64,000 bases of DNA from Vicugna vicugna (lineage: Eukaryota). The DNA is taken from positions 1 through 64,000 of the forward strand of contig MU061547.1 of the NCBI GenBank assembly GCA_013265495.1. Reading direction: 5' to 3'. Position numbers and translations under genes: made by a program. The notes below the pieces were generated by a model. The model ran no database searches. It had not been told where the DNA came from and was given only the letters and a program-made list of their open reading frames with translations. Positions 26,287 through 38,200 of the stretch are shown piece by piece (within the stretch, counting starts at the first letter, position 1; each line of letters begins with the position of its first letter).

Positions 26287-27305
26287 TGTAGAGAAACAAG
26301 GCTATCGGTATTAAAAACAACAGGCTCCAAATGGAGTCACGTATGCCAAGCCCCACTTCACCAAAATGAGACCTAACTTATATACAGTGTCAGCCTCTCC
26401 CAGAAGCAAATCTTAACCTAGTCAATGAGGACTCACTTGGTCAACACAAGTGAAGAAATCAGCCTAACAGGCCTCTGCCACCCTGGAAAGAAAAGTGGCC
26501 TTGCTGAGACAGGAAGGGGGCAGGGCACAGCCATTCAAGGAATGACAGCAATTACACCAAAATGGTAGAAAGTTCAACTCCAACTAGGCCTTGAGGATTA
26601 AGATGGCAGGAAGTTTGACTTCTAGTGGACCTTGAGCTTCATTATATGCTCATGGTAACATTAGTGTGATAAATAACACACCCTGCAGGAGCCATGACAG
26701 TCCCAAAGCTAACTGAAAAAGGCCAAAGAATGGGCAAAGGGTGGGAATTCCTGGGAATCCCAGCCCTTACCCCAGGGTAACTGGAATAGTCCTGCCACTT
26801 GTAGGTGTGGAGCTACCGAGCCGATAAAAACTGGCAACATGGCAACCCCTTGGTCACCTCCCTCTCTTTCTCCCTCTCTGGAGACGGCTCACACTCAGTC
26901 TATGGAGTGTGTACCTACTTTTACTCTAATCTGAGCACCCACCCCCACACCTCGTGGCCTTTCTCTTGCCTTTTGACGTTTCTCTCTAAATAAACCTCCC
27001 TTTACTCAATTGTGGCTCACTTTGAATTCTTTCCTGCATGAACCCAAGGACCTCCGCTTGGCGGGGCATGTCCTGGAGGCTCAAGTGAAGCCTGGGACAT
27101 GGCCCTCCTCATCCCCCACACCCATTTTTCCTGCATTAGTGCCATAACCAATCTGCTTTTTGCTAGTATAACTTCTTTGGTCCTGCTGCCTTTCAGTTGT
27201 ACAGCTCCTCAGAGCTCCTTTCCATCTGCTGGTTTGGATGCTGCCCGATTCATGCATCACTAAATAAAGCCAATGAGATCCTTAAAATTTACTTTGTTTT
27301 TTAAT
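26287..27305 (+). mobile_element. Older solo LTR interrupted by a nested LTR
   Basis: Starts TGTAGAG, resumes after 27138 and ends shortly after AATAAA near 27263. Confidence 0.6.
26505..27138 (+). mobile_element. Nested younger solo LTR
   Basis: Starts TGAGACAGG, AATAAA near 26989, degenerate 4-bp flanks ttgc/gtgc. Confidence 0.65.
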
Positions 27306-28104
27306 GCTGGAAACAAGGATTTCTCTAAACCTGAGAGCTGACAAAATAGCTAAGTATATAGCTGGAATAAAGGAAATGGGGTCGGGGAAGGAAAATGCCT
27401 GATTTAGTCTCTGAAAGTTGGATCCAATCAAAGATCCTACAGGAGTGAGTGGGTGTATTGCCCCCTCCCATACTGACAGGGGTGAGCCCCTCTGCCTACC
27501 TAGACTGTTTAATCCCATCCTCCCCTCCCATTTCCCCACACAGCTGACTGGATTAGGGTTAGACAGAATCTAACCTTATGAGGCTGCACCAACCAGGACA
27601 AACCATGGAGATCTGGATTTGAGACTGAGAGACAGGTAGTTTCTGCCAGTCACTTAATCCAGGAAGAGTTATAAAGCTAAATCTGGGGCAAGCCTGTGCA
27701 CAATGCCCCACTGACCTGCCAAGCTCTGTGCTCTGTAATAAATACCTACATTATAATTAGAATTTCCACGGTTGTGTAAAGAGCTTTCAAGCCAGACAGA
27801 TCTTAGTTCAAAATTAAATATCAAAACTACTACCTGTGATGGCAGGCAGGTTATTTGATTTCTCTGAAACTCAGTTTCCTCATTTCCTAATTTGCTAAAA
27901 AGAAAAATGAATGCCTACCGGATGCAACTGTAATGATGACTAAATGAGTTAACATCATATTGAAAAAATATATAACATTTACTCAAAAACTACTGCTCAG
28001 TCAGGAATTGGAAAAAAAAATTCTTAGATACAAGTAAGATGAGTAATTTGACTCCAATGGGGGTAAGGTGTTGAGTATGATCTAAAAGTATAGTACTTTA
28101 GAGA

Positions 28105-29430
28105 ATGTGTCTCTTCCATAAGTGGTGGCGGGAAAACTGGACAGCCACATATAAAACAATGAGATTAGAGCATTCCTTTACACCATAAACAAAAATAAAC
28201 TCAAAATGGTTTAAAGACTTAAATGTAAGACATAATATCATTAAACTTCTAGAGGGGACATATGTGAAACACTCTAACATAAATCATAGCAATATTTTCT
28301 TAGATTGGTCTCCCAAGGCAAAAGAAATAAAGGAAAAACTAAACAAATGGGACCTAGTCAAACTTAGTTTTGCACAGCAGAGAAGCAGTCCATGAAAAAA
28401 AGACAACTGACAGAATGGGAGAAAATATTTCCAAATGATGCAACCAACAGTTAATATCCAAAATATACAAACAGCTTATATAACACAATATAAAAAAACC
28501 CACCAAAAGCCAAAAACCCAATTGAAAAATGGGCAGATCTGAATAGATATTTTTCCAAAGAGGACATACAGAAGGTTAGTAGACACATGAAAACATGCTC
28601 AACATCACCAATTATTTGAGAAATGCAAAGCAAAGCCCCAGTGAGCTATCACCTCACAGTGGTCAGAATAGCTACCATCAAAAATATCTACAAATAATAA
28701 ATGCTGGAGAGGGTGTGGAGAAAGGGAATCCTTGCACACTGCTGTTGGAAATGTAATTTGGTGCAGCCACTATGGAAAACAGTATTAAGGTTCTTCAAAA
28801 AACTAAAAATAGAACTACTTATTTTCCAGCAATTCCACTCCTGGGTATATATCTGCAAAATATGAAAATGAATTCAAAAACATACATGCTCCTCAAAGTT
28901 CACAGTGTCACTATTTACAATAGCCAAAACATGGTATGAAGGCAAGTGCCCATCAACAAATGACTGGCTTAAGATATGGTATATATACAATGGAATATTA
29001 CCCTCAGACATAAAAAAGGAATGAAACATTGCCATTTGCAGCAATGTAGATGGAGCTAGAGAATACTATGCTTAGTAAAATAAGTCAGACAGGAAAAAAA
29101 AAAACTATTACATAACACTTATAGATAGACTCTAAAAATCAATACAAATGAATGTATACACAAAACAGGAACAGACTCACAGACATAGAAAACAAACTTA
29201 TGGTCACCAAAGAGGGTTTGGGGGACAAATTAGGAGTGTGGGATTAACAGATACAAACAACTACATATACAATAGAAACTCAACAAGGATTTACTACATA
29301 GTACAGGGAATTAAACCCAATATCTTGTAATAACCTATAATGGAATATAATGAGCAAAAAAAATGCTGTATACCTGAAATTAACAATAATACTGTAACTC
29401 AACTACATTTCAATAAAAAAATTAAAAAAT
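28105..29430 (+). mobile_element. 5'-truncated L1
   Basis: ORF2 C-terminal relic ([15 protein letters not shown]), 3' UTR and AATAAA/A-tail. Confidence 0.88.
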
Positions 29431-31128
29431 TCAGTGAGATAATAAATACAATGCCCAGCACCATACCTGATACACAGACAGGCAGGCAGCTGCCCAGTGA
29501 ATGTCAGTGCTAACTGCTGCTGAGAGATGATTTCAGCTTATGTAACAGAAATACTCATTCTAATTAAGTACTTATGAAGTAGCTGAAAAATTGTGTCCTG
29601 TGCCATTGCAGAGTATGTGCAATGTTTTACCTGGAAGTGATTAAGCAATACCTACAGCAGAAGTAGAGAGTCCAAGGATTTCTGAAGCATAAATTGTCTT
29701 CAAGAACTTGGCTCTACTGCCACGGGTGCAGAGTCTCCCCAGGGCCAAAAACATGCTACGGGATAAAAGCAAAAAATTTAAATGGAGGAAATATATACTT
29801 ATATCACTATTAGACACTTAGCTAGCAGATACACAGTAAGCTTGTGTAAAATAGAAATAAAAATTTTGAAAGCTGAGTTTTCTTTCTATGATATAATCTC
29901 TCATCACTAGAATCATTCTGACAGAATCCTTACAGAAATTTAAGCAAATTTATACATGTGCCCATTTTGGACTAGAGATCTTTAAGATTATTGTGAATTC
30001 AAAAAATAAAGCTCTAATTTTGTCAAAAGCAATAAACTACTGTAAGCAAAATTTCATTTCTAGTAGCCATAAAATCTAGAATATTTCAATCTAAGAACTG
30101 GTTAAATTTTGGAATCATCTGGAGAAGTCACTAGTAAAAGCACAATTTGTAATGGTAAATTAAGGTTTTTAGAAACAAGGTATTTAGGAAGTTGTTTGAA
30201 AAGGATTCCACTTGGTCCCTGATAAGCAAAAAGAATACATGAATGAACTTTGCGTTATTTTCTCAGATGGTACTTCTGAAAAACAGTTCAGTAAAATTGA
30301 TGGCAAGCCATTTCAATAAATCCCAGGAATCTAACAGGCACACATTCTGAATAATTTCTCTACCTGTAAGGAAGTCATTATCAATCATGGGTAAACATAG
30401 GGAGATGAAAGCAAAATGAAATTCTATTATTATACTGCACCCTAGAAGTGGAAGCATTCAGGCCAGCAGAAACTTCTTAAAAGATTTTACTCCAAGAATG
30501 TTCTATCAGTGGGTGGCATTTCCCTTATCTCTCATAATCAAACTTTAAGGGAAAACAAGATACTTTTTGGACTCAAAGGGACATTGAAACTAGTTATGAA
30601 TCTCTTTAAGTTACCAAAATGTTAAGGCTACAGAGAGCTTTGGATGTGAAAAATAATATACTGGATATTTCTTAAAAAGTGAAATGCAAAATCCCAACCT
30701 TGTCAATAAAATCTCAGCTTTAATGACAGCCTCTTAGCTCTTCTATACCCTACCAGCCTAGGTTAATCCTCTGCAAAGCACTTTCTGTTTGATTGTCTGG
30801 CTGATCACCCATTCGCTCATTTGATAATTATTTTCTTTCTTTTCTTTTCTGTTGAAGTATAGATCATTTGATAATTTAATTTAAGTGCCATGAGCAGGAG
30901 CCTGGTGCATTTAGTTCACCACTGTCTTCTCTGGTACACTGGAGGCATGTTATAAATAAAAGTGAATGAATACAGAAAGTCAAATTATAAAGTAATGATT
31001 CAAGTAGACTATTTATGATGAGCCCTGTTATGAAATATTGATTCCTTTTGTAATGTAAATAATCACCTCATGTTTCATGTCATTCAAGTTAAAGACCAGG
31101 TTTTCTTAAATCAAGAAATACCTATTCT

Positions 31129-31812
31129 AGACTTACCATTTGAGTCTGCAATCCTGCTCCTGGGCATATATAGAGAAGGAACCCTAATTCAGAAAGACAC
31201 CAGCACCCAATGTTCATAGCAGCACTATTTACAATAAGCAAGTCATGGAAACACTCTAAATGTCCATCGAAAGATGACAGGATAAAGAATTGGTGGTATA
31301 TCTATACAATGGAATACTGTTTCGCCAAAAATTAAAACATAATGCCATTTGCAGCAGCATAGATATCCTTGGAGAACGTCATTCTAAGAGAAGTAAGACA
31401 GAAGAGAAAGAAAAAATACCATATGATATCACTCGTATGTGGAATCTAAAAAAAAAAACAAAAAGACAAATGAACTTAAATATAAAACAGAAACAGACTC
31501 ACAGACATAGAATACTAACTTGTGGTTGCCAGCGGGGAGGGGAGTTGGGAAGGGACAGACTGGGAGTTTGACATTTGTAGATACTGACATGTATATGTAT
31601 ACATAGAATAAACAAGTTTATACTATGTAGCACAGGGAGAAATATACAAGATCTTGTGATAGTTCATGGTGAAAAGGAATGTGAAAATCAATATGTGTAT
31701 ATTCATGCATGACTGAAAAATTGTGCTCTACACTGGAAATTGACACAACATTGTAAACTGACTATAACTCAATAAAATGAAATAAAATTAAATAAGTTAA
31801 AAAATATAAAAA
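31129..31812 (+). mobile_element. 5'-truncated L1 with perfect 16-bp TSD
   Basis: L1 ORF2 end, 3' UTR and A-tail; aagaaatacctattct at 31113-31128 and 31813-31828. Confidence 0.92.
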
Positions 31813-32159
31813 AAGAAATACCTATTCTTGGGTCATGAATAGTTCTGTTCATGAATAAAATAGTAACTGGATTAGACAGGAGGGAGAGTTTTGAGGAAAG
31901 ATATTACCCAAACAACATTAACTATGCTGAACAATCTTCATTATCATAGAGTTATTTGATTTAGGATTTTTTTCCCACATGTACATGCCCATGTATTTAA
32001 GTTCAAGGTAATTTCATTGTTATTAAGGAAAATATAAATAAAATGCTTTCTTGTAAGTAGACAGGTGAGAGAAACCTCTTCTACCTTATTGAGACAAATG
32101 GGGAGGAAACACAGGACTAAGACTCAGTACAACTGGATTCTAATCCTTATTCTTAAAAA

Positions 32160-32309
32160 TTTATTTTTTATTTTTATTCTTAAAATATTTGGGGGGGTGG
32201 TAATTAGGTTTACTTATTTATTTATATTTTAGAGGAAGTACTGAGGAGTGAACCCAGGACCTCATGCATGCTAAGCATGCATTCTGCCACTTGAGCTATC
32301 CCTTCCCCC
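32160..32309 (-). mobile_element. Vic-1-type SINE
   Basis: Same tRNA-like head and AAACCTAATTACC tail as 3054-3198. Confidence 0.8.
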
Positions 32310-33800
32310 TTGGAGCACAGTATTCCTGATTGGAGGTCTCATAAATGTACTTTGTCATCAGTATCATTTCTTAAAAATTTTTTTCTGTTATGGTACATGT
32401 ACTGGGACTTTCTATTCCACCATATCTATACAATGGAATGTGAAAAATAATATATTCCACCATCTTTCTTATGCCACTTCAGGAGTTTTTTGTGTGTTAC
32501 AAACTCAATTTCTTGAGAAATTATAAGATTATTCAGGCCTTCTATTTCACCTTGGGTGGGTTCTGATAGTTAGTACTTTTTGAAAAATTAGTGTGTTTCA
32601 TCTAAGTTGTTGAAATTATGCATATAGAGTGGTATTAAGATTGATTTTTAATTTATCTCTTTATATATCAAATATTAAAAATAGTTCTTAAATCTTACAG
32701 TTGTGTTTATTTTTTAGTGACTACCTTTTCATTGGTCTAATTGATCATTGACCCTGGATGGGAGGGTTTCTCTGAGGAGTTCTGCTGTTTTGCCAGTATC
32801 TCAGGTTTCAGTATGTTCTCCGCCTCTAGATCAGTGGCGCTTATATTTCCTATATTAACCTGTAGAAGTAAATGTAGCAATGTGGCACTTAAGCAAAGGA
32901 GCATTTTCTTCCCTAGGCTAAAAAGAATTTTGATAGAGAAACACCATGTGGGTCAGCAAATGTAGGCCCTGACATGTGGTGACTTTAGCAGATTGAAAGT
33001 ATATCACCATGAATTGTCCTTTTCTTGTCCAATGACCCATTTCAAATCTACTATATCAGGAAATATGGGGAAGGGAGGGGCCAGGGAGTCTTATATTTAA
33101 TACATTTACTTTATGTAAACTAGATTGAGGACCATTGGTGAAAGCAGTATGCCTTCCCAGGGAGAGAGCTATATTTTGTTTCTGGAGATGTTATAGAGAA
33201 AACACCGAACCAGAAATCAGAGGATTTGGGATCTAGTATAGACCATGCTACCAACCTAGGAAGGAATTCCCTAATTTCGTTTAGCTTCAATTTTCTTATT
33301 TTCAAATGGTTAATAAAGAAACTCTATTTGCTCTTGAGGACAGAGTTATTCTTTTCTATTGTGAAGTTTCTTCAACTAACAAAAATGTACTTGGTTTATG
33401 CCTTTGTTGCAGTGCAGCTTGGAAAATACAAGGCATATCTACATCAATGTTCCATCTAACAGGCTGTGGGTCTCACCTGGTCCCCTGTGAAGTTGCAGTA
33501 CAAGTAAAGAAACACTGCTTAGCAGCACTTGCCCAGCTGTGGAAGCAGGCATTCTCCATCCCGATGGGAAGGAAAGGGATTCAATGGAATAAAAGGTCCC
33601 AAACAATCAGAAAAAGCAGGTTTATTAATGTTGATTTAGTGGCATCAGCTGCTTCCCTGCTTTTCCCTCCTCATGTGATATTTTGAAACACTGCATGGTA
33701 TTTTCAGGATGCTAACATAGACAATCTAATGCATATGTTCCTTACAAATGCAAGCAATGTAAGGCAGATGCATAGAACTTTGACTAATGTTTCCATAAAG

Positions 33801-34003
33801 CAAGTGTCTGCAAACTATGGCTTGTGAATGCCACCTGTTTCTGAAAACAATGTTTTATTGGAAGACAGCCATGCCCATCCATTTATGTATCGTCTGTGGT
33901 TGCTTTGTGGCAGAGTTGAATAGTTGGGCCAGAAACTGCATGGCTCACAGAAGCCATGAAGAGTTACCATCCAGTCTTTTACTGTAAAGTTAGCCAAACC
34001 TTA
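33801..34003. mobile_element. MER58A-like hAT DNA transposon relic
   Basis: Recognisable core tgttttattggaagacagccatgcccatccatttatgta. Confidence 0.65.
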
Positions 34004-34079
34004 GGCTATATAGACTAAAACCTTATTTTCTGGTGGAAAATTTAAAAAAATCAGAAACACAAAGCTCAATGAAGCATAA

Positions 34080-34085
34080 TTTATT
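34080..34085 (-). terminator. Candidate polyadenylation signal of the GBP gene (alternative at 34526-34531)
   Basis: Minus-strand AATAAA about 1.04 kb after the stop codon; which signal is used cannot be determined from sequence. Confidence 0.35.
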
Positions 34086-35124
34086 TCCAGCTTGAAAACA
34101 ATTCTTAATCTCCTTAAGAAACAGCAACCACTTAGGAATTTTAACAATTGTGAGAAGGTCCATATATACCAGGTAATACCAAGAGTGTTATTTTACTGGT
34201 CAAAAATGTCAAAAAAGAACCCATATTCTCTTGGGGGAAGATAAGCAGGCTTTCAAGTATGACTGTGAAGAATCGGGAAAAGATAGCCTAAACTTTAGGG
34301 TTACAAACAATCTCATAATTCAGTTAGCTCGGTTTTCTAACACAGTATCTGTCACCATTTAAAGTTCATCTTTGCAAACTGTAAATTGCTGGGAACACAC
34401 AATGCATAATCGTCCTCCTGTGACTATGTTTAGTCCAGTGTCACTTACCTAAAGTTCTAAAGAGCCCCATTAAAACTGTAATCTGGGTGAGCTGAGTAAG
34501 AAGGGAAAGTTGCTTCTCCAGCACTTTTATTTATAACCTCACTCCTACTCATGCCAATGGTTTCTTCCATCTTCCTATGGAAATTCTGTAGCGACTCGAG
34601 AGCTCTATATAAGGTGATCTGCTTTAGCTTGGAATCCACTAGTGAGTACTGACTATTCCTAGTGCCCAGAAATGACACCATCACCCACAGACAGAGCAGT
34701 CCTGAAACAATGGTGCACTATATATTGCCTTCACTAAGAAGCTAGAATGGTTGTTCCTGATATGGGAACCTGTTGTGCACTTGGCCAAACTCATGCTCAA
34801 CTGTGTCCCAAGATTATTGCCTGAGACTTTGCTCAGTGTCCATCTCTCCTAGTGGTCATCTGGAAGAAGAAGCTCCTGAGAGGTGCCAGCTTATGATACC
34901 TCCAGGGCTGGCCAGAGGTTATATGCATCCGCATTACACAGTTTACAATATTGTGAGGATGAGAGACATGATTTCAACTAGTACTGCATGACTTTGGAAG
35001 TTTTCGTGTTAAAAAAAAATAAGACCTAATTATTATCAAGTGTGGTGACACTTTTTCTAGATTCTAAACTGCTTGAGGAATGGCTTGGCTAAGAGTGACC
35101 AGGAGACTGCTATTCTTCAGTTCT

Positions 35125-35238
35125 TTAACTTAGGACACATTTTCCCGCTTGTTCCTTCTTCTTCCGAAGCTTCTGTATTTCATCCTGAAGTCGTTTGTTC
35201 TCATTTTGGAATCCTTCTTTTAGTAGTCGGGCCTGTTC
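35125..35238 (-). CDS. GBP1: GBP exon 11, coding part (CaaX, stop)
   Basis: [40 protein letters not shown]; acceptor tttttag|. Confidence 0.93.
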   Translation of the reverse strand, partial: EQARLLKEGFQNENKRLQDEIQKLRKKKEQAGKCVLS

Positions 35239-38200
35239 CTAAAAAGGTACAAATGGAGACTGAATAAAGTGTAGCATTCAGTAAGTCTCTTAACTTCTAT
35301 CTAGTGTCCACATTCACGGATTTTAAAAAATATTTGATTTCTTCTTGAAATTTTCTCTACTGTATTTTTCATTATACAATCTCTTGGGCCTTCTAGCTCT
35401 GTGATCACTTTTTCTGAGTCTCCTTTGTTTAGTTAAGAAAGATTTTTGTCTTATGTTTCTCAATATGTTGATAAACCTAAATTACCAGTCCTAATTTTTC
35501 TCCCAATATTGTGTACCACCTTTGTGTGCAATCTTAATGATATGTTTAGCTTCAAATCCTGTTTATGGATTTAGACTATTTTATACACACACGTACACAC
35601 ATACAGAAATAAATAATTTTCAAAATCTGATAAAGTATCTGAATCTTAGATCAGGGAATTTGATCTAAGCTTCCACAACTTGGTGGCAGGGGTGGCAAAA
35701 TATAGGTAAGGTAAGGGAATCAGGGCCCCATACTGACTATAGTGGATTTCTGCACATAATTCCCAGCTCAACACGTACTAGGAGCAGGGCCTAGAAAACA
35801 CATAGGAGTAACACACTGACACACAGGTGTGAGAGTTAAGGAGTCTCTCTGCTTATAAAGGTTCTCTTAGAGCTGAAAGTCATACCAGGTATGACAGAAA
35901 AAAAAAGTTAAAAATTCCTCTTAAGTGGAGCACATAGTTCAGACATCTCACCAAGCTGTGTGACCCTATAAAAGTTGTTTAATATTTTCTGAACCTCTGT
36001 TTCACCTCCTGAGTAACAGAGACATGGCAGTTTTTGCTTCACATAGTATTAAGCAAGATCAGAGATGAGGCGTTTTTTATAATGCGTAGCAGGTAATAGC
36101 TACCACTGATCGAAGGATATACTGAGAACGGACTGGGTGTGACATAACTGCAAAAAAAAAAACCCCACAAAACCTTTTAATAACCAGACGTTGACAGGGG
36201 CCAGTTCAGGTAGGCAGATGGGGATTAAAAAGTACAGGTGAGCAAGCGAGGTCCTTCTTCTGGGGTTCGTGTCCTCACTGCCACGGCAAATTAGTGATCA
36301 GGGAGAGGGGAGAGAAGACAGAAAAACAGGAAACTTGCGGCGATGCAGTTAATTACCTCAAGTTTAAGAGAGAGGGTTCTCTCTTGCTCTTCCCGCAGCT
36401 GCGCCCTTTCTTTCTCCATCGCCTCCGTCAGCTGCCTCACGTGTTCCTGATGACTCTTTTCTTTTTGTTCCATCATCTGCTGATTCTTTATTTGCATTTC
36501 CGCCAGCATTTTTGTTGCAGCCTGTGCTGCTTCCGCTTTCGCACGTTCCACTGTCAGGAGGCAAAGGAGAAAGAAACATGTATGTGGGTGACCATATTGC
36601 TTCTTTCTTCCATGTGCACTGATCTGGCATTGTTGCTACTGACTGCGTACACCCGGCATGGAAATGACTTCAGCAAGAAAGAGGCATCTTATGTCATCCT
36701 ACTATAGTTCAAGGATTGTAGGTTCATCCAGTTATTTGAAGTTTATGGGCTTCTGGGGCTATCTGGTCTCTTGATTCGCTCCTCACCTTCAATCAACTTT
36801 TCCTTCTCTGAGAGAGTCTGGTCTGTCTGAAGAATTGCGTCAGTCACAGACTCCTTGGACTTCAAGTATTCCTGAAGAACCTCTTCAGCCTAGGACCCAG
36901 AGAAAATGGAGTAAATAATAGGAAATGGCTATGAGCACTTATTTGCCCACCATCTTTCCCTCTAAGGGCTGCTCCTCTTGGCCCTGGTGTGCCCGGTGGT
37001 CAAGATTCTCAGTCACTGGGGTGAGCACGAGCTCCAGGCTGGCCAGGCTTGGCCTCCTACTGAGCAGAATCCTTTATCAGGGACTGAGATAGACATAGAG
37101 ATGCTCTGTTCTTTTTGATTGAGGATTCTAATTTTGGGGCTGTGGGTTCTGTGGTCCCAATGGGGTGAGCATGCTGGAGAGTGAAGCCACCGTGGACCAA
37201 GTGGATCAGAATAAAAAGGGTAAGGAGGAATGGGAGGGAGGGAAGTGTGGGCTTAAGTGGAGCAACAGACAGTGAGACATATGATGATATTATTTGAAAT
37301 CTTGGCTACATCGATCCTTAAAGCAGGTTGAAAGCTAAACTGATGAATTACCATTTTTGTTGAAGCAACTATCATTGGGTTTCTGTCTCTTACAACATAA
37401 AGATCCAGCTGTAATAGTGGTCTACAAGAAATACCTGCTGATTAATCTGATAGTCCAGTTTCTAACTTGACTGTGAATTGAGTGCACTCTCTTGGGTGAG
37501 CATATAGGATGCATCCGGTATAACAGGCTCCCTGTCCGTGGTTACTGAATTAAAGCAGGAATGCTGTCAGCCCTGTACTTGCGCATCCATGTGCAGTACA
37601 CTTAGTCCCATTGGTGTTTCAAGGAGGCGTGTCAGCAGCTTCCCAGAACCAATCCTGGTTACCTGTATTCCCTTCCTGGGCTCCTGGTCATACTTTTTCT
37701 TCAGCTCCTGTATCTTCTCCATGAAAAGACGATACCCTCCTGGTTTAGAATAAACCCCCTGTTTTACACCTTCTTCTAGAGAAGTGAAAATATCCTTAAG
37801 TAACGCTTTGCAACGGTCTGATGATTCTTTAAGATTCTGTTTACAAAAGTCATCTCGCTTTTTGTTTAGCTGGGCCTTTAATGTAAAAATAGGAAGTAAA
37901 CAAAGTAGGAAAAAGATGTTAGTTTGACCTCAGAATTTCTGGAAAGGCTCCTCCCCACCGCCAGAAAAAGCTCTGTGACCCCTAGAGAAACTTGCAGGTG
38001 CTCAGCAGGGCCGTATCCTTCCTCCTGATCCTGACTTTCTACAAGTCCCTTTCTGCTTGGAAGTGATTACTAGCAGAGATTACTAGCTTTATCCTACGCC
38101 TTTGGGGATAAACTTACGCTTTTTGAATTGGACCAGTGATTACATGCGAAATAAATGGGGCTCAACATAAGCCTGCTCAAGATAAATGAGACTACAGTTT

